Below, piece after piece: positions 60,333 through 64,000 of a stretch of DNA of 64,000 nucleotides. The notes under the pieces are model-generated. The model ran no database searches. It had not been told where the DNA came from and saw only the letters and a list, made by a program, of their open reading frames with translations. Position numbers and translations under genes: made by a program. This stretch comes from an uncultured bacterium. Lineage in GTDB: Bacteria > Acidobacteriota > Vicinamibacteria > Vicinamibacterales > UBA2999. How positions within the stretch are numbered: position 1 is the first letter of the stretch; every line of letters begins with the position of its first letter. The stretch covers positions 16,315 through 80,314 of the forward strand of contig CAWULT010000004.1 of NCBI GenBank assembly GCA_963923455.1, read 5' to 3'.

Positions 60333-61611
60333 AGTACGCCGTCATCACGTTCGGCTGCCGCGTCAACCAAGCCGACTCGCTGGCCGTCGAGGGCGAGTTG
60401 CGGGCCCAGGGCGCCGAGTGTGCCTCGCCGGAGGCGGCGGACGTCGTGGTGATCAATACCTGCTCGGTGACGGCCGCGGCCGATCAGGGCGCGCGCCAGA
60501 TGGTTCGCCGCGTGGCTCGAGGGAACCCGCGCGCGCGCATCGTCGTGACGGGATGCTACGCGACGCGCCGGCCCGACGAGGTCGCGTCGCTTCCGAACGT
60601 CCTGCGCGTCGTGCCCAATCCACGCAAGGACCGCCTCGTCGCCGACCTCGTGCCGCACCGCGTCGTGACGACGGCCGATCGGTACGCGGGCGCTGACGGT
60701 CCATGCGGGTCGACGCTGGCGCCTGGAGCCGCCGGCCGGACGGCCTTCACGCTGCGGGTGCAGACCGGCTGCGACCAGCGCTGCAGCTACTGCATCATTC
60801 CGCGCACGCGCGGCGCCGGCCTCTCGCGGCCGCTGGACGTCGTGTGCCGCGGCGTGGCCGACGCGGTGCAGGCCGGCTACCGCGAAATCGCGATCACGGG
60901 AGTGCACCTCGGCTCCTACGGCCGCGACCTCGGGGACGGCACGTCCCTGGTGGCACTCGTACGGCGGCTCGCGGCGTGGGAGGCCGACGTGTTGTTCCGC
61001 ATCAGCTCCCTCGAACCGATGGACTGCGGCGACGATCTCGTCGACCTCGTGGCTGCCTCGCGACGGCTGGCGCCGCACTTACACCTGCCGCTGCAGCACG
61101 GGTCGGACGCGATGCTGGCCCGCATGCGCCGGCCGTACACGGCGTCGGCTTACGCCACGATGGTGGAGCGGATCCATCGCCTGATGCCGCACGCATCGAT
61201 CGGGACCGACCTGATCGTCGGATTCCCCGGCGAGACCGATGCAGAGGCCGACGAGACGGCCCGCGTGGTATCGGCGCTGCCGCTGTCGCACCTGCACGTC
61301 TTTCCCTACTCACACCGCGAGGGCACGGAGGCCAGCGGCCTGAACGGGTTGCCCGACGGCGCGGCGGTTCGTGCGCGCGCCCAGCGGCTGCGCGAGATCG
61401 GCGCGGCGCTCACCGCGCGATTCAAGGCCTCGCAGATCGGCGCCGTGCGCCGCGCGCTCGTCGTCGACGACGGCCAGGCGGTCGTGACCGACAACTACCT
61501 GAAGCTGCGCCTCGACACGCGTGAGCCCCGAAACACGTGGGTGCGCGTGCGGGTGGGCGAACAGGGCCGCGGCGTCGTCCTGCCGCCCGCGCCGCCAGCG
61601 GCCGAATCCGC

Positions 61612-61615
<4 letters not shown>
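60329..61615 (+). CDS. mtaB: radical-SAM methylthiotransferase, MtaB-like (tRNA t6A37 methylthiolation)
   Basis: UPF0004 N-domain (TFGCRVNQADS, INTCSVT). Radical-SAM CSYCIIP cluster (GCDQRCSYC). C-terminal TRAM-like region. The GTG overlaps the purD stop. Confidence 0.88.
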
Positions 61616-62685
<1,070 letters not shown>

Positions 62686-62746
62686 CCTGCTACTATCGCG
62701 CGCCGGCGGGCCGTTTGCGAGCGGCTCCGCGGTCGCCGGTTTACGA

Positions 62747-62776
62747 TTGCGGCCGCCGAGCCCCGCGTGGTATCAT
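62747..62776 (+). promoter_or_regulatory. candidate promoter TTGCGG-18 nt-(TGg)TATCAT
   Basis: An extended -10 TGGTATCAT at 62768-62776, with a weak -35. It lies upstream of the M16 peptidase gene. Confidence 0.4.
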
Positions 62777-62843
62777 GCCCGTGTTCTCTAATTCCTGATC
62801 TGTCAACGACTTGCGGATGCCTCTGGCGCTGCGGTCACGGCAG

Positions 62844-64000
62844 ATGTCCTTGACTCGCAGCCCCTCGACCCTCGACCCGGTGACACCATCGACGATCGTC
62901 CGTGAAGTGCTGCCGAACGGACTCCGCCTCCTGACGGAGCGGATGCCGCACGTGCGGTCGGTCAGCATCGGCGTCTGGCTGGCACGGGGGTCGCGCCACG
63001 AACCCGCACAGCTCGGGGGCATCGCCCACTTCGTCGAGCACATGCTGTTCAAGGGCACCCTGAGCCGCAGCGCGGAGGACATCGCTCAGGTGATCGACTC
63101 GGTCGGCGGCCAGATGGACGCGTTCACCGGCAAGGAATACGCGGGCTACTACCTGAAGGTGCTCGACGAGCACCTGTCCCTCGCCGTCGACGTCCTGTCC
63201 GACATCGTGATGAACCCGGCCTTCAGCCCGGAGGACATCGAGCGCGAGAAGAAGGTCGTCCTCGAAGAGATCAAGATGGTGGAGGACACGCCGGACGACC
63301 TCGTCCACGAGCTGTTCACCGAACACTTCTGGCACGGGCACCCCCTGGGGCGCCCGATTCTCGGCACGCCGGAGTCTGTCTCGTCGCTCACCGCCGACGG
63401 CCTGCGTGGCTACTTCGCCGAGACGTACTCGGCGCCGAACCTCATCGCCGTCGCCGTCGGCAACATCGATCACGACCGCGTGCGCGAAATCGTGGCCCGG
63501 GCCTTCAGCGGGTTGCCGCAGGTGAGCAGTCCGGTCACCTCTGATCCCCCGAGAGTCGTGCCGAGCGTGACCATCCGGAACAAGGAACTGGAGCAGAGCC
63601 ACGTGTGCCTGGGCACCAGCGGCTACTGCCAGGATCACGAGGACCGCTACTCGAGCTACGTGCTCAACACGGTGCTCGGCGGATCGATGAGTTCGCGCCT
63701 GTTCCAGAACGTCCGCGAGAAACGGGGCCTGGCGTACGCCGTGTTCAGCGGCCTGAGTTCGTACCGGGACGCCGGACAGATGACGGTCTACGCGGGCTGC
63801 GCCAACGATGCCGTCGGCGAACTGATCGACGTCGTGGTTCCGGAGCTGCGGCGGATGAAGGACGAGCCGTTGTCGGAAGCCGAGTTGCGCCGCGCGAAGG
63901 ATCACCTCAAGGGCAGCCTGATGCTGAACCTCGAGAGCACGTCGAGCCGCATGTCGCACCTGGCACGGCAGGAGATGTACTTCGATCGGCACTTCGGACT
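62844..64000 (+). CDS. M16-family (pitrilysin/insulinase-like) zinc peptidase, 3-prime truncated by the window end
   Basis: Not in the ORF track because no stop is reached. My translation from ATG 62844 gives ...LPNGLRLLTERMPHVRSVSIGVWLARGSRHE...GIAHFVEHMLFKGT (HxxEH), EREKKVVLEEI. Confidence 0.85.
   Translation, partial: MSLTRSPSTLDPVTPSTIVREVLPNGLRLLTERMPHVRSVSIGVWLARGSRHEPAQLGGIAHFVEHMLFKGTLSRSAEDIAQVIDSVGGQMDAFTGKEYAGYYLKVLDEHLSLAVDVLSDIVMNPAFSPEDIEREKKVVLEEIKMVEDTPDDLVHELFTEHFWHGHPLGRPILGTPESVSSLTADGLRGYFAETYSAPNLIAVAVGNIDHDRVREIVARAFSGLPQVSSPVTSDPPRVVPSVTIRNKELEQSHVCLGTSGYCQDHEDRYSSYVLNTVLGGSMSSRLFQNVREKRGLAYAVFSGLSSYRDAGQMTVYAGCANDAVGELIDVVVPELRRMKDEPLSEAELRRAKDHLKGSLMLNLESTSSRMSHLARQEMYFDRHFG

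Overview
This is a GC-rich (roughly two-thirds G+C by eye), gene-dense chromosomal segment. I call 53 protein-coding genes; the last is truncated by the window end. I recognised no rRNA, tRNA, CRISPR array, transposase, integrase or prophage. The phylum is probably Acidobacteriota. The basis is two paralogous 'VWFA-related acidobacterial domain'-type proteins, a CarboxypepD_reg beta-barrel OMP, a PDZ/GAF/PAS kinase with a sigma54 activator, and CHRD and BON proteins. This is an inference, not a search result.

Most genes are housekeeping: kbl, alaA-like, malQ, glnS, rmuC, serC, pcnB, polA, acs, gpmA, eno, glgC, rpsU, purD, mtaB, rlmN, inositol-phosphate synthase and methylmalonyl-CoA mutase. 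Many long ORFs in the six-frame track are GC-driven antisense or 5-prime-extended artefacts. I trimmed starts to the first start codon consistent with homology, signal peptides and RBS or -10 context. Ten gene junctions are 4-nt ATGA/GTGA overlaps, which define tight operons.

No compact system with an obvious novel mechanism stands out, and every functional guess below is a hypothesis. The observations most worth a second look are:
- A split methylmalonyl-CoA mutase catalytic subunit is translationally coupled to two permease-less peptide/nickel-type ABC ATPases.
- A minus-strand envelope-glycan cluster holds a UbiA-type polyprenyl-phosphate phosphoribosyltransferase homologue, a charge-bipolar coiled-coil protein and two tandem paralogous GT4 genes.
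- A promoter-to-terminator two-gene unit (unknown secreted protein plus CarboxypepD_reg OMP) lies next to a PDZ-multiTM-GAF-PAS kinase and sigma54 activator pair.
- TAnnnT -10-like hexamers sit 6-10 nt upstream of start codons at about a dozen first-in-operon genes, suggesting widespread leaderless mRNAs.
- Also noted: an orphan MacB-type ABC ATPase, a small ORF with a near-consensus promoter and long leader, and several structured intergenic spacers.
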